A DNA stretch of 37,037 nt, from IMG/VR virus record IMGVR_UViG_2541047915_000010, positions 1 to 37,037 of that record, one strand, 5' to 3'. This DNA is from a virus (lineage: Duplodnaviria; Heunggongvirae; Uroviricota; Caudoviricetes). The notes beneath the pieces are model-generated. The model saw nothing but the letters and a program-made list of their open reading frames with translations, searched no databases and was not told the origin of the DNA. Of the stretch, positions 8,545 through 17,759 are shown piece by piece (position 1 is the first letter of the stretch; each line of letters begins with the position of its first letter). Position numbers and translations under genes: made by a program.

Positions 8545-8566
8545 ATCAGGGCGCATCCGCCCTGAT
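8545..8566 (+). terminator. Hairpin after parR (possible terminator)
   Basis: Perfect 9-bp stem atcagggcg / cgccctgat with a 4-nt loop; the downstream T-tract is weak. Confidence 0.35.
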
Positions 8567-8636
8567 GACTTTAATCCGGGAACATAAACAAGGGGGACAC
8601 AATGCAACACATTGACAGAGAAAAAGGAAAAAAAGC

Positions 8637-9044
8637 ATGAACAGAAAACAGAAACAAGAGTTGAAATACTTCTTACGTAAAGAAATTGCCAGGCTTGAAG
8701 ATGCAGAGTCACAATCATCAGAAATTCCGTTCGGAATGGATATCAACGACGCCCGTATGCTTCAGGCATACCGTATAGCTCAGGCTGCACTACAGACAAA
8801 ACCGTTAAATAACATACATGAAAAGTATGATTATTTTACGGATACCGCTTGCTTGCTGACATCTGAAGAACAAAAGATAGCCCAACTTTTAGGCGACGCA
8901 TGGAACCTGTATTTAACATTGCCAGTTGAGCATCCAATGGGTAGAGATGAATTTTGCCGGGCAATTCATCATTGCCAAAATATGGTGTTGGCACGCCCGG
9001 CCATCAGGGCGTTGGCCAGGAAGGGGCAAGGCTATAAAAGATAA
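8637..9044 (+). CDS. Hypothetical protein (cargo of the A-to-cos variable region)
   Basis: 135-aa ORF with an AAAGGA RBS, followed by a strong terminator; no motif recognised. Confidence 0.5.
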   Translation: MNRKQKQELKYFLRKEIARLEDAESQSSEIPFGMDINDARMLQAYRIAQAALQTKPLNNIHEKYDYFTDTACLLTSEEQKIAQLLGDAWNLYLTLPVEHPMGRDEFCRAIHHCQNMVLARPAIRALARKGQGYKR

Positions 9045-9046
9045 GT

Positions 9047-9078
9047 AAAACGCCCTCCTCCAGGGCGTTTATTTCAAT
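9047..9078 (+). terminator. Rho-independent terminator
   Basis: Stem aaacgccct / agggcgttt with loop cctcc, followed by atttc T-rich tail. Confidence 0.6.
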
Positions 9079-9104
9079 GCACAATAGTGCACAAATTTGC
9101 ACAA
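9078..9104. repeat. Three phased TGCACAA direct repeats (10-bp spacing), putative protein-binding iterons
   Basis: tgcacaa at 9078-9084, 9088-9094 and 9098-9104, with another copy near 9169-9175; in the non-coding region upstream of the portal gene where cos is expected. Confidence 0.4.
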
Positions 9105-9477
9105 TTTTTTTGAACGACTTTTTACCCTTCCGGCCCGCATGGCGGCTGGATCCGTCAAGGATCCGTGCGTGCACAAAAAAACGCGTTTTTTCTGCGCGCA
9201 GGTGACGGGGGAACAGCCCGCGTTTCAGGGGGTAAATAGCATTCCCTGAGCGATGTCGCAGCGACACAACAGAATGGCCATATTTCTCACGCTGAGCGTG
9301 AAAAAGATGTGAGGGCTTTTGATTTGATAGGGTGAAAGGTAAGGCCGTCAAAATCGCACTGAGGCGGCGAGAAAATACAGTCAACGCGGTGGGATTGCGT
9401 AAGAGTCTGACCGTCGATGGTGGCGATATACTGGAAGGCGTCGTGAAATTATCTGATTGATACAGGAGCTGGAGAGT

Positions 9478-9502
9478 CGGGGCATAAATTTTTTATGCCC
9501 CG
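9478..9502 (-). terminator. Perfect hairpin immediately downstream of Q (possible terminator)
   Basis: 11-bp stem cggggcataaa / tttatgccccg with a ttt loop; no clear U-run on either strand. Confidence 0.35.
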
Positions 9503-9528
9503 GCGAAGCAGCAGACAAGCGAAGCGCG

Positions 9529-10575
9529 TCAGGATGTGGGCTGGGTATCTAACAGTGCGTAAGGGTTAAAGCGGATCACCTCTTCGCCAAGCCAGTCATT
9601 GATGTGCTTCATGGCCTCCATGACGGGCATCAGCTCGTTAATTGCGTAAACCCGCGCGGCCTTCTCCACATCACCAAACGCACTTTTTTCGCCCGGCATC
9701 GCCCCCATCAGTTGCGGCGGAACGCGGTGCGCAGCCAGCACATCATCACGGGATGCCGCCTTAACATTCATGAACTCATCCTTTGCAGTGATCTGCTGGA
9801 ACGGCAAAATTTGCACACCTTCTTTGCCCCCGTTGGGCGCATGGATGAGCACGTTTTTAAACGCACCACCGCCACGCGCGCCCTGTAACGTTTCTTTCAG
9901 GGAGTCCATGCTTTCGCGGTTTACCTGCGCTGCACCGATGTAGATGATGCACCCGGCGTGGGATCCGTTGTCGTAGTACAGTTTTCTGAACATGTCCGCC
10001 GAATGAGAAAGGCTGGCCGAGAGTAATGCGCCAAGATATTCCGGCATGCCGTAGATTTCCTGGTTAATATCCGGATTCATCAGGTGGCACACTTTGCCAG
10101 GGCGAAACTGGAACGCGTCCTTGCCATCCTGCACATACCACCATGATTCAAGATCGCTTCCGCGTCGCATGTATTTCGCCAGTGCGTGCCGTAATTTAAG
10201 CGGTTCGCCGAGCATATTGCTTCGAAGCTCAAGGAATGCGTTACCGAACACAAACCAGTCCAGCGCCAGCGCCGAGAAATCCTGCCGGGAAAGCAGCGGG
10301 TGCGGGATGTAGCAACCGAGTAATACATTGCGCTTAAAGTAAAGCGCAGACTGATGCCAGGACGTTTGCCGGGCTGCTCTTGCCAGACCGTACCAGTCCA
10401 CCGGGGTTTCATACCACCGCCCGTTATCAGCACAGTACATATTGTCCAGCAGGTCATGCCCGGTCAGGCGATAAGGACCATCAAATGTGAATGCACTGAG
10501 CGATGATTCTTTCCTGAGCGCATCAGCGAGATCAATGCGTGAACTCATGCGCACCTTTTTATTTTTTCTGCTCAT
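9529..10575 (-). CDS. Q: Portal (capsid portal vertex) protein
   Basis: 348 aa, size and position as P2 gpQ; adjacent to and co-oriented with the large terminase. Confidence 0.85.
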   Translation of the reverse strand: MSRKNKKVRMSSRIDLADALRKESSLSAFTFDGPYRLTGHDLLDNMYCADNGRWYETPVDWYGLARAARQTSWHQSALYFKRNVLLGCYIPHPLLSRQDFSALALDWFVFGNAFLELRSNMLGEPLKLRHALAKYMRRGSDLESWWYVQDGKDAFQFRPGKVCHLMNPDINQEIYGMPEYLGALLSASLSHSADMFRKLYYDNGSHAGCIIYIGAAQVNRESMDSLKETLQGARGGGAFKNVLIHAPNGGKEGVQILPFQQITAKDEFMNVKAASRDDVLAAHRVPPQLMGAMPGEKSAFGDVEKAARVYAINELMPVMEAMKHINDWLGEEVIRFNPYALLDTQPTS

Positions 10576-12326
10576 CAGAACTCCATAACCGTGAAACGCT
10601 CGTTTTCTCCTTCGCCGCCAATCGGTTCGTTAATGACAGCAAGCATGGTTGCCCACGCAAGGTCGCCGTGGCTGATCCCCCTCGCGCGGTCCGTTTCGTA
10701 AGTGATAAAGCCGCCCGGTGTTTTCACCTTACGCACGGCGTTAAAGGCCGCGACCAGCTCGCGTTCGGCGCGATCGTATTCCCACCGCCCGGCACGCATT
10801 ATTTGCAGCATTTTCAGTACCAGCGACCGTTTTGATGACAGCGTGAAGGTGTACGGAATAGCAGCAGGGAAAAACCGTTTCACTATCTGATAAACAGCCT
10901 CCCCGTTCCCGCCCGTCACATCAATGCCGATGTGTTCCACGTTGTAGCGATACGTGAACTCTTCAATGACTCTGGCCTGTTCTTCAAACTCCAGCCCCTG
11001 AACGCGTCTCGTCTCCACCGTTCGAAAACGGCCACCAGGAACAGCCGGAGGAACCACCACGGACACAGCGCCGCTGTCGCCGTTGCCACTGCTGCCGTTT
11101 GCGTCATACCCAATCCATACCGGACGATTCCCCATCGGGCGGGGAGCAAAAGGTTTCCAGTCTTTCCAGTCGTCGTATCCGTCAACACCGCAGCCAATCA
11201 GGATATTCAGGTTAAATGCCGATTCCCCTTCGCGGACAAACTCACACATATAGAGATTGAGGAACTCGTCTTCGGTGTTTTCATCACGAATTTCGTCGAT
11301 ATCGGTGTGTTTCCAGCCGTGATTAACCACATCTTCCAGCGTGACAATTTGCCGCCACGTCCGGTCAGGGCAGATAAGCCCGTTATGCAGCGTTTTCCAG
11401 TCCACAGAAAAACGCTGGCGTTTATGCGAGGCCTTTTTCTCGTTCCAGCGGTCGCCGTTCCAGTAGGCGTATGCCTCGTGCGTTTCGGTGGATGGCGTGG
11501 AGAAGTAGGTGCGCCGCAGTCCGCTGAGGGTTGCCATAGCGCCAGCCACCTTGCGCAGTTCAGCAAAGCGACTGACCCAGAAAAATTCATCAAAATAAAA
11601 ATTGCCCGTATAGGACTGTGCCGACGCAGCAGAAGTGCCGAGAAAATGCAGCTCTGCGCCGTTGGAGAGGATGATTTTATCGCCCCCTTTCAGCTCCACA
11701 TCAACTTCAGCCGCGGCCTTCTGAATAATGCTTTTAAACTGGAACGCCTGACGACGCGACGCAGACAAAAAAATCTGGTTACGCTGGTAAGGTTGCGCCA
11801 CATCGTCACGCAGCGCCATCAGCAGAGCTTCCTGTGCAAAATACCAGGTCGCCCCAATCTGTCGGGATTTCAGGATCATCCTGTTACGTATCCCGGCTTC
11901 CCTGCAAAGGGTCAGGGAGTCAAACCAGCCCCGCTGATGCCACTCCAGCCTGCTGATGATTTTTTCCCGCAGTGCGGAAATCTGTTCCGGCGTGAAATGA
12001 TTTTTGAGTTTTTTCGCCCGGCCTTTCTTTCCTGCGGCCATCACATCCGGCTGGCCATCATGCAGCTTTTTAAGCTGCCGGGTCAGCAGGTCTATTTCCT
12101 TAAAGTCACCGCCTGTTTTATTCTGTTTTTCAGTAAGCTGGATGAGACGCGCATCGATGGACTGCGTGACACGCTGCACGGGTGGCGTTTCATCCCACTG
12201 GTCGCGTTTTTTCCACGCATAAATCGTGTTCGGGTTTATTCCCATCAGACGTGATATTTCTGCGGGCGGATAACCCTGCCAGTAAAGTTGCCGCGCACGC
12301 TGGCGCACAAAAGCGTCCTGAATCAT
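10575..12326 (-). CDS. P: Terminase large (ATPase) subunit
   Basis: 583 aa, size as P2 gpP (about 590 aa); N-terminus MIQDAFVRQRARQLYWQGYPPAEISRLMGINPNTIYAWKKRDQWDE is a small HTH; divergent from O as in P2. Confidence 0.85.
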   Translation of the reverse strand: MIQDAFVRQRARQLYWQGYPPAEISRLMGINPNTIYAWKKRDQWDETPPVQRVTQSIDARLIQLTEKQNKTGGDFKEIDLLTRQLKKLHDGQPDVMAAGKKGRAKKLKNHFTPEQISALREKIISRLEWHQRGWFDSLTLCREAGIRNRMILKSRQIGATWYFAQEALLMALRDDVAQPYQRNQIFLSASRRQAFQFKSIIQKAAAEVDVELKGGDKIILSNGAELHFLGTSAASAQSYTGNFYFDEFFWVSRFAELRKVAGAMATLSGLRRTYFSTPSTETHEAYAYWNGDRWNEKKASHKRQRFSVDWKTLHNGLICPDRTWRQIVTLEDVVNHGWKHTDIDEIRDENTEDEFLNLYMCEFVREGESAFNLNILIGCGVDGYDDWKDWKPFAPRPMGNRPVWIGYDANGSSGNGDSGAVSVVVPPAVPGGRFRTVETRRVQGLEFEEQARVIEEFTYRYNVEHIGIDVTGGNGEAVYQIVKRFFPAAIPYTFTLSSKRSLVLKMLQIMRAGRWEYDRAERELVAAFNAVRKVKTPGGFITYETDRARGISHGDLAWATMLAVINEPIGGEGENERFTVMEF

Positions 12327-12480
12327 TGCTCCCCCTGAGTAATTACAGGAAGATTACCCGCGCGCGAAACCGTTCTCCTTAACCCCCTGTTCTGGCCGTT
12401 TTCTTACAACAAAAGTCCTTTGTATCAGCCTGTTACGCTTTGCCATCATGACTGAAGAACCAGTCAGAGGGGCAAAAACT
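12327..12480. promoter_or_regulatory. Divergent late-promoter region between P and O (expected Ogr-dependent promoters)
   Basis: Positional, by analogy with P2 PP/PO; I could not confidently place the TGT-N12-ACA activator element by eye. Confidence 0.35.
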
Positions 12481-13317
12481 ATGGCTAATGAAAAAAAGAC
12501 ATCCCGCAAAAAGTTTCGCGTGGCTGTCTCCGGATCAACTGTTGATGGCCGCGAAATCAGCCCGGTACATCTGCGTGAAGCCGCCGAGAACTTCAACCCG
12601 GATGTTTACGCTGCCCGCGTGAACGTTGAGCACTATCTCTCGCCATGCCCGTCAAGCGAATTTTCCGCAATGGGCGATGTCACCGCGCTGAGTACGGAAG
12701 ATATTACGGAAGGCCCGCTGGCCGGACGTACTGCGCTGTATGCAGAAATCGAACCGACCGAGCGCATGAAGCAGCTTGTCGCTGACGGCAAGAAAATCTA
12801 TTCCAGTATCGAACTGCACCCGCAGTTCTCCGTTAACGGGCGCGCCTATCTGGTCGGGCTGGCGATGACCGACACCCCGGCAAGCCTGGGCACTGAGCGC
12901 CTGAAATTCACGGCACAGCAGCGTCAGGCGGTGATGACGTTCAACAGTATCCAGGGTGAAGCACCGCTTATCTCCGAAGCCATCGAGTCTGAAATCATCG
13001 AAATGGCAGAACAACGCCAGGAAGAAGGCACCCAGTGGTTTAACCGCGTAATGGGGATTATTGGCCGTGGCCGCAAAGCGGATGACGCCAGTTTTTCCCG
13101 TATTCAGGAAGCGGTGGAAGGCGTCGCAACGTCACAGGCCGACATTATCGACCGTTTTAATGTGCTGGAAACCCGCCATCAGCAGGACCGCCAGAAAATT
13201 ACGTCACTGACCACAGAGCTGACAGCACTGAAGGAAAAACTGCGCACGCAGGACGGCGATCCGCAGAACCGGTTCACCGCAACGGGCGCAGCCTCCGACC
13301 AGCTGGCTGACTTCTGA
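12481..13317 (+). CDS. O: Capsid scaffolding protein
   Basis: ORF 12448-13317 trimmed to the ATG at 12481 (RBS cagagggg); MANEKKTSRKKFRVAVSGSTVDGREI and YLVGLAMTDTPASLGTE match the P2 gpO pattern. Confidence 0.85.
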   Translation: MANEKKTSRKKFRVAVSGSTVDGREISPVHLREAAENFNPDVYAARVNVEHYLSPCPSSEFSAMGDVTALSTEDITEGPLAGRTALYAEIEPTERMKQLVADGKKIYSSIELHPQFSVNGRAYLVGLAMTDTPASLGTERLKFTAQQRQAVMTFNSIQGEAPLISEAIESEIIEMAEQRQEEGTQWFNRVMGIIGRGRKADDASFSRIQEAVEGVATSQADIIDRFNVLETRHQQDRQKITSLTTELTALKEKLRTQDGDPQNRFTATGAASDQLADF

Positions 13318-13339
13318 TAAGACAAAGGAGCAAATTTTT

Positions 13340-14392
13340 ATGAATCTGGTGATGTCAGATATTACCCGCAACAAGCTGGGTTGCTATATGGCGCAGCAGG
13401 CGTCGCTTAATAATATCCCGGTTTCTGCGCTGGTATCGCGATTTACCGTAGAACCCTCGGTGCAGCAGCGTTTTGAAAACGCCTCAAAGGAAAGCACCGA
13501 ATTTACAAAAAGAATTAACGTGATCGGCGTGACCGACCAGAAAGGCGAAAAAATCCTCCTGGATACCACAGGACCGATTGCGCGCACGAATACCAGTTAT
13601 GACGGCACAAAACGCCGTAACCCGAATAACGTGGTTGATCTGAAAAACCGCAAATACCAGTGCGAACAGGTGAACTATGACACGTTTATTTCATATCCGC
13701 AGCTTGATGCCTGGGCGGCACATCCTGATTTTCAGTCCCGCATCAGCGCACAGATTGCCCGACAGGTGGCGCTTGACCGCATCATGATCGGTTTCAACGG
13801 CACGTCTCACGCGGATGAGTCCAACTTCAGCACCAACAAGCTGCTTCAGGACGTTAACGTGGGCTGGCTGGAGCACATCAGAACCGACGCCAGCGAGCGC
13901 GTTATGAATGACGTGACGCTGACCTCCCGCAACATGGACAACACCGTGGCGCACGCGGGTAAGTATGCGAACGCTGATGCACTGGTACAGGACGCACGCT
14001 CATCCCTGCTGGATGAATGGCACAAGGAAGCTGACGACCTCGTGGTGATTATGGGGCGCAACCTGTTTAACTCGCTGCGTCTGCCCGTGCTGAACAGCAT
14101 CAGCGGCCAGAATCCCAATGCGGAATTACTTGCCGGGCAGCTCATCCTGTCATCGCGCACCATTGGCGGGCTGGGCGTGTTCCTTGCGCCGTTCTTCCCG
14201 GATGCAACGATGCTGATCACCTCGTTCAACAACCTGTCGATTTACTGGCAGAAAGGTTCAATGCGTCGCCTGATGAAAGACGAACCGGAATACAACCGCA
14301 TCGCCACCTACCAGTCCATCAATGACGCTTATGTCGTTGAAGACTATGGCAAGTGCGCGATGGTCACTGGCCTGAAGTTCGCCGACAGCTAA
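13340..14392 (+). CDS. N: Major capsid protein
   Basis: 350 aa; KFTVEPSV, MIGFNGT, VGWL, YVVEDYG segments are shared with P2 gpN; AAAGGAG RBS. Confidence 0.9.
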   Translation: MNLVMSDITRNKLGCYMAQQASLNNIPVSALVSRFTVEPSVQQRFENASKESTEFTKRINVIGVTDQKGEKILLDTTGPIARTNTSYDGTKRRNPNNVVDLKNRKYQCEQVNYDTFISYPQLDAWAAHPDFQSRISAQIARQVALDRIMIGFNGTSHADESNFSTNKLLQDVNVGWLEHIRTDASERVMNDVTLTSRNMDNTVAHAGKYANADALVQDARSSLLDEWHKEADDLVVIMGRNLFNSLRLPVLNSISGQNPNAELLAGQLILSSRTIGGLGVFLAPFFPDATMLITSFNNLSIYWQKGSMRRLMKDEPEYNRIATYQSINDAYVVEDYGKCAMVTGLKFADS

Positions 14393-14437
14393 TCAACTCA
14401 CGGCGGGCATCATGCCCGCCTGTAACGGAGAGAAAAA

Positions 14438-15238
14438 ATGATTACTCCTGCACAGCAACACTGGCAGAACGTGATGGCACAGCGCGCAGGCCGGGCGAAT
14501 GAAGGCGTGGACCACGCCGCGCGTACCGCGCATGAAGAGGTGCTGTATCGTCTGCGTCTGGCACAGGCCCGGCTTAAGGGCGTACAGGCCAGAAGCGCGA
14601 AAGCCGCCATCAAAAAAGAGTTATTGCCGGACTTTTCCGGCTGGATTGAAGGAACGCTGGAGGCTGACGGCGGGCAGCAGGATGAAGTGATTGCCACGCT
14701 GATGGTGTGGGCGATTGACTGCGGCGATCTTCCACTGGCATTGCGTATTGGTGCGTATGTGGTTCATCACAACCTCATTATGCCGGATAACTTTGGCCGT
14801 ACTGCTGCCACAGTGCTGACCGAAGAAATCTGCAACCCGGTACTGACGCAGGCCGGAACGGATGCCGACGCGGATTTATCCGCCTTTATCGAACCACTGG
14901 ACACCCTCCGGGAGATTGTCACCGACCAGGACATGCCGGACGAAGTGCGCGCCAAATTATGCAAGGCGTGCGCCTTTGCCCGCCGTGGCCTGAGTGATGC
15001 GGACAGCATGGCCCTGTCACTGAAGCTGCTGCGCGAAGCGATGCACCTGAACCCGAACGCAGGTGTGAAACGCGAGATTGCAACCCTTTCCCGCGCCCTG
15101 AAAAAAGCCGATTCCGCAGCCGCACCAGAAGACGCCAGCGCACAGCAGGCGCAGGACGAAAGCAGCAAAAGTAAAAAGACAACGCGGAAGCCTGCAACAC
15201 GAAAAACCACCGCGACGCAGAAGACGAAGCGCGGTTAA
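14438..15238 (+). CDS. M: Terminase small (endonuclease) subunit
   Basis: 266 aa, position after N as P2 gpM; basic C-terminal tail. Confidence 0.75.
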   Translation: MITPAQQHWQNVMAQRAGRANEGVDHAARTAHEEVLYRLRLAQARLKGVQARSAKAAIKKELLPDFSGWIEGTLEADGGQQDEVIATLMVWAIDCGDLPLALRIGAYVVHHNLIMPDNFGRTAATVLTEEICNPVLTQAGTDADADLSAFIEPLDTLREIVTDQDMPDEVRAKLCKACAFARRGLSDADSMALSLKLLREAMHLNPNAGVKREIATLSRALKKADSAAAPEDASAQQAQDESSKSKKTTRKPATRKTTATQKTKRG

Positions 15239-15340
15239 CGACTGACCCCGTCAGCGGGCGGCGTGCTCGGTGTTCCGGTCTGACTCCGTGACCGTTTACA
15301 CCGCGCACCCACCGCCCGATTTTTTTCAGGAGTGAACCCC

Positions 15341-15835
15341 ATGAGTATGGTTGCCAGAACTGAACCAAGACCCGCAGAGGACGACATCACCGATACCGAT
15401 GATGGCGACACTCGCATTTCAGCAGGTGCATTCTGGCCGGATATTGTGCTGCGCGAGCTGCGTCTGGCGGTACGACTGCCGGGCCGCGTGACCACCTCCC
15501 GCCTGCTGCATACTGCCACCGGGGCCGTGGCTCACGTTACCCGCGAGCTGGAAGCATGGCAGCAGGAACAGCAGGCGGCTGGCCATCAGACGCTGGCCGA
15601 TGTTCCGGCACCCGTAATTAACGGAGAAAGCGTCAATCTCTGGCACTGGCGCAATGCTGTTTATACCGCCACACGCGCCCTGATTCTGGAGCGTTACCGC
15701 GATGCGGACACAACGGACAAGGGCGACCGCCGGGCGGACGCACTGGATATACAGACATCGGATTTGTGGCGCGATGTGAGCTGGGCCATCTCTGACATTC
15801 TGTGCCGCCCGCGAATCTTTGCGGAGTTGTGCTGA
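15341..15835 (+). CDS. L: Head completion/stabilisation protein
   Basis: ORF 15332-15835 trimmed to the ATG at 15341 (RBS caggag); size and position as P2 gpL. Confidence 0.75.
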   Translation: MSMVARTEPRPAEDDITDTDDGDTRISAGAFWPDIVLRELRLAVRLPGRVTTSRLLHTATGAVAHVTRELEAWQQEQQAAGHQTLADVPAPVINGESVNLWHWRNAVYTATRALILERYRDADTTDKGDRRADALDIQTSDLWRDVSWAISDILCRPRIFAELC

Positions 15836-16035
15836 TGAAAGTGAAGGCACTGGAAGGCGACACCGTGGATTCGCTCTGTTTCCGGTACTACGGCACGACG
15901 CAGGGCGTCACCGAAAAGGTGCTGGATGCCAACCCCGGACTCTGTCAGCAGGTATTTCTGGACGCCGGGCAGGAAGTGGAGATGCCGGAGCCGGAGAAGA
16001 AGAAACGAGAAATGATTCAGTTGTGGGGGGAGTAG
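15835..16035 (+). CDS. X: Tail protein X (LysM-like)
   Basis: MKVKALEGDTVDSLCFRYYGTTQGVTEKVLDANPGL matches the P2 gpX pattern (MKTFALQGDTLDAICVRYYGRTEGVVETVLAANPGL); 66 aa. Confidence 0.85.
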   Translation: MKVKALEGDTVDSLCFRYYGTTQGVTEKVLDANPGLCQQVFLDAGQEVEMPEPEKKKREMIQLWGE

Positions 16036-16037
16036 CA

Positions 16038-16361
16038 GTGAGCACCATTCAAACAGGGATCACAGAGCAGGTTATTGCATGGCTCTTTGACCACCTGCCA
16101 ACGGTGTATGCAGTAGGCGCGGCGGTCAGCATTTCCGCGCTGATGAGTCTTTATGACGGACGAACACTGGTTCAGACCGTAACGGGATCGCTGGCGTGCG
16201 GCGTTCTTGCCATGGCCGTGGCCGGGTCGTTGCGCTTCTTCGGTTTTCCTGAAGATGCCGTGACGTTTATCGGCGCATCAATCGGTTTTATGGGGGCAGA
16301 GAAAGCACGCGACAAGGTTATTGCGGCCTTTAATCGCAGGGTGAAGGAGAAGGACGAATGA
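16038..16361 (+). CDS. Putative holin
   Basis: GTG start at 16038 preceded by ggggggag; 107 aa with 2-3 hydrophobic helices and a charged C-terminus; directly upstream of the endolysin. Confidence 0.6.
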   Translation: MSTIQTGITEQVIAWLFDHLPTVYAVGAAVSISALMSLYDGRTLVQTVTGSLACGVLAMAVAGSLRFFGFPEDAVTFIGASIGFMGAEKARDKVIAAFNRRVKEKDE

Positions 16362-16750
16362 GCAACACATTTAAATTCAGCAGCCGGAGCGAAAAGAATT
16401 TGCAGGGCGTAAATCCTGATCTGGTGAAAGTGACCCGACGGGCACTGGAAATCTCGGAAGTGGATTTTGGTATCACCGAAGGGTTGCGCAGCCGTTACCG
16501 CCAGAAGCAACTGGTGGCCACGGGTAAGAGCCAGACCATGAACAGCCGCCACCTTACGGGGCATGCCGTGGATGTTGTGGCTTATATCGGCAGCCAGGTG
16601 TCATGGGAATGGTCGCTGTACGAAAAAATCGCAGCAGCATTCAGACAGGCCAGCCGGGAACTGAATATTCCGGTGGAATGGGGCGGCGACTGGAAGACCC
16701 TGAAAGACGGACCGCATTTTCAGTTACCACACGGAGCCTATCCGGCATGA
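16358..16750 (+). CDS. Endolysin, L-alanyl-D-glutamate peptidase (peptidase M15 family)
   Basis: 130 aa; SRHLTGHAVDV and DGPHFQLPH resemble the zinc-ligand motifs of M15 phage endolysins; position in the lysis cassette. Confidence 0.75.
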   Translation: MSNTFKFSSRSEKNLQGVNPDLVKVTRRALEISEVDFGITEGLRSRYRQKQLVATGKSQTMNSRHLTGHAVDVVAYIGSQVSWEWSLYEKIAAAFRQASRELNIPVEWGGDWKTLKDGPHFQLPHGAYPA

Positions 16751-17154
16751 AGCTCTGGCCCACGCTGGGTGTCGCTTTCCTTCTGATTGCCGCATGGGGA
16801 ACATCCATACGTCTGTCGTGGTCGCTGGGCAGGGAGAACGCCAGAAACGAAGCGCAGGCCAGCACCCTGAAAAGTACCGTCGACACCCTGAATATCATCA
16901 GCACCGGGGTACAGGATATGCAGCAGGTGCTGGCGCAACTCCGCGTGGAAAATCAGCAACGCAATCAGGACGGAGAAGCCAGACGTGAACAGCTACGCAA
17001 CGATATTGCAAAAGATGAATGCGCCCACGCTTTGCCTGATGCTCGTTTTACTGACAGGTTGCGCAGGCACGCAGAACGCGCCACGGCCAGCGCCGTCAGT
17101 CCGGCTTATACCGCAGACGCTGACCATACCGGTAACGCCTCCCCCCTTCCCTGA
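16747..17154 (+). CDS. lysB: Inner-membrane spanin component (Rz/LysB-like)
   Basis: ATG at 16747 overlaps the endolysin stop; N-terminal TM helix LWPTLGVAFLLIAAWG followed by a charged coiled-coil-like region. Confidence 0.7.
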   Translation: MKLWPTLGVAFLLIAAWGTSIRLSWSLGRENARNEAQASTLKSTVDTLNIISTGVQDMQQVLAQLRVENQQRNQDGEARREQLRNDIAKDECAHALPDARFTDRLRRHAERATASAVSPAYTADADHTGNASPLP

Positions 17155-17305
17155 CACTCCCACATGGGGAAATCTCGGTATATGGGGCGACCGCCTTCTG
17201 GATGCACTGGAAACCTGTAACGCGGATAAACGGGCCATTGAATTACTGGAACAGCGCAGACTGCAACGACTGAACAACGAGGACAACAACCATGCTGAAA
17301 ACTGA
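17015..17305 (+). CDS. lysC: Outer-membrane lipoprotein spanin component (Rz1/LysC-like), overlapping lysB in another frame
   Basis: Lipobox LLTGC (MLVLLTGCAG) followed by a proline-rich segment; starts inside lysB and extends beyond it, as in P2 lysB/lysC. Confidence 0.65.
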   Translation: MNAPTLCLMLVLLTGCAGTQNAPRPAPSVRLIPQTLTIPVTPPPFPDTPTWGNLGIWGDRLLDALETCNADKRAIELLEQRRLQRLNNEDNNHAEN

Positions 17306-17759
17306 TTCCCTGCGTGAAGCCATGACCCGTTCATGCCGATGGTGTCAGGCCAACCCGGAAAAATTCACCATTTTCGTGGAGAGCGGCAACATTGAAACGA
17401 CCGGAGAAACGCCCTCGTTTGTTTACCGCTATCAGATGGTGATGTTTGTCATGGATTACGCCGGGGAGCTGGACGACCTCACGCTGCCGCTGCTGGCGTG
17501 GTTATCCGAAAATCAGCCACAGTTGTTGCTCAACCCTGAGCGTAATCAGGACATCAAATTTTCCGCCGTTATCAATGACGATGACAGCGCCGATCTCCTG
17601 TTTACGCTCCCCCTGCGGGAACGCGTTCGCATCACGCGCAGCAGTCAGGGCACACCGCAGGCAGAACACCTGCCGGAGCCAAAACCCCGCCTGCCATCTT
17701 CCGAAGGCGACTGGTCGCATGTATTCCAGGATGTGACGTGGGGTGAAAGCGATGGATAA
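17292..17759 (+). CDS. R: Tail completion protein R
   Basis: 155 aa, same length and position as P2 gpR. Confidence 0.75.
   Translation: MLKTDSLREAMTRSCRWCQANPEKFTIFVESGNIETTGETPSFVYRYQMVMFVMDYAGELDDLTLPLLAWLSENQPQLLLNPERNQDIKFSAVINDDDSADLLFTLPLRERVRITRSSQGTPQAEHLPEPKPRLPSSEGDWSHVFQDVTWGESDG

Noticed and set aside
9004-9384. 126-aa minus-strand ORF in the cos/iteron region
   Set aside because: It spans terminators and repeat elements in a region expected to be non-coding (cos), and has no RBS.
10932-12254. 440-aa plus-strand ORF
   Set aside because: It is entirely antisense to the large terminase gene P, whose protein is clearly recognisable; shadow ORF.
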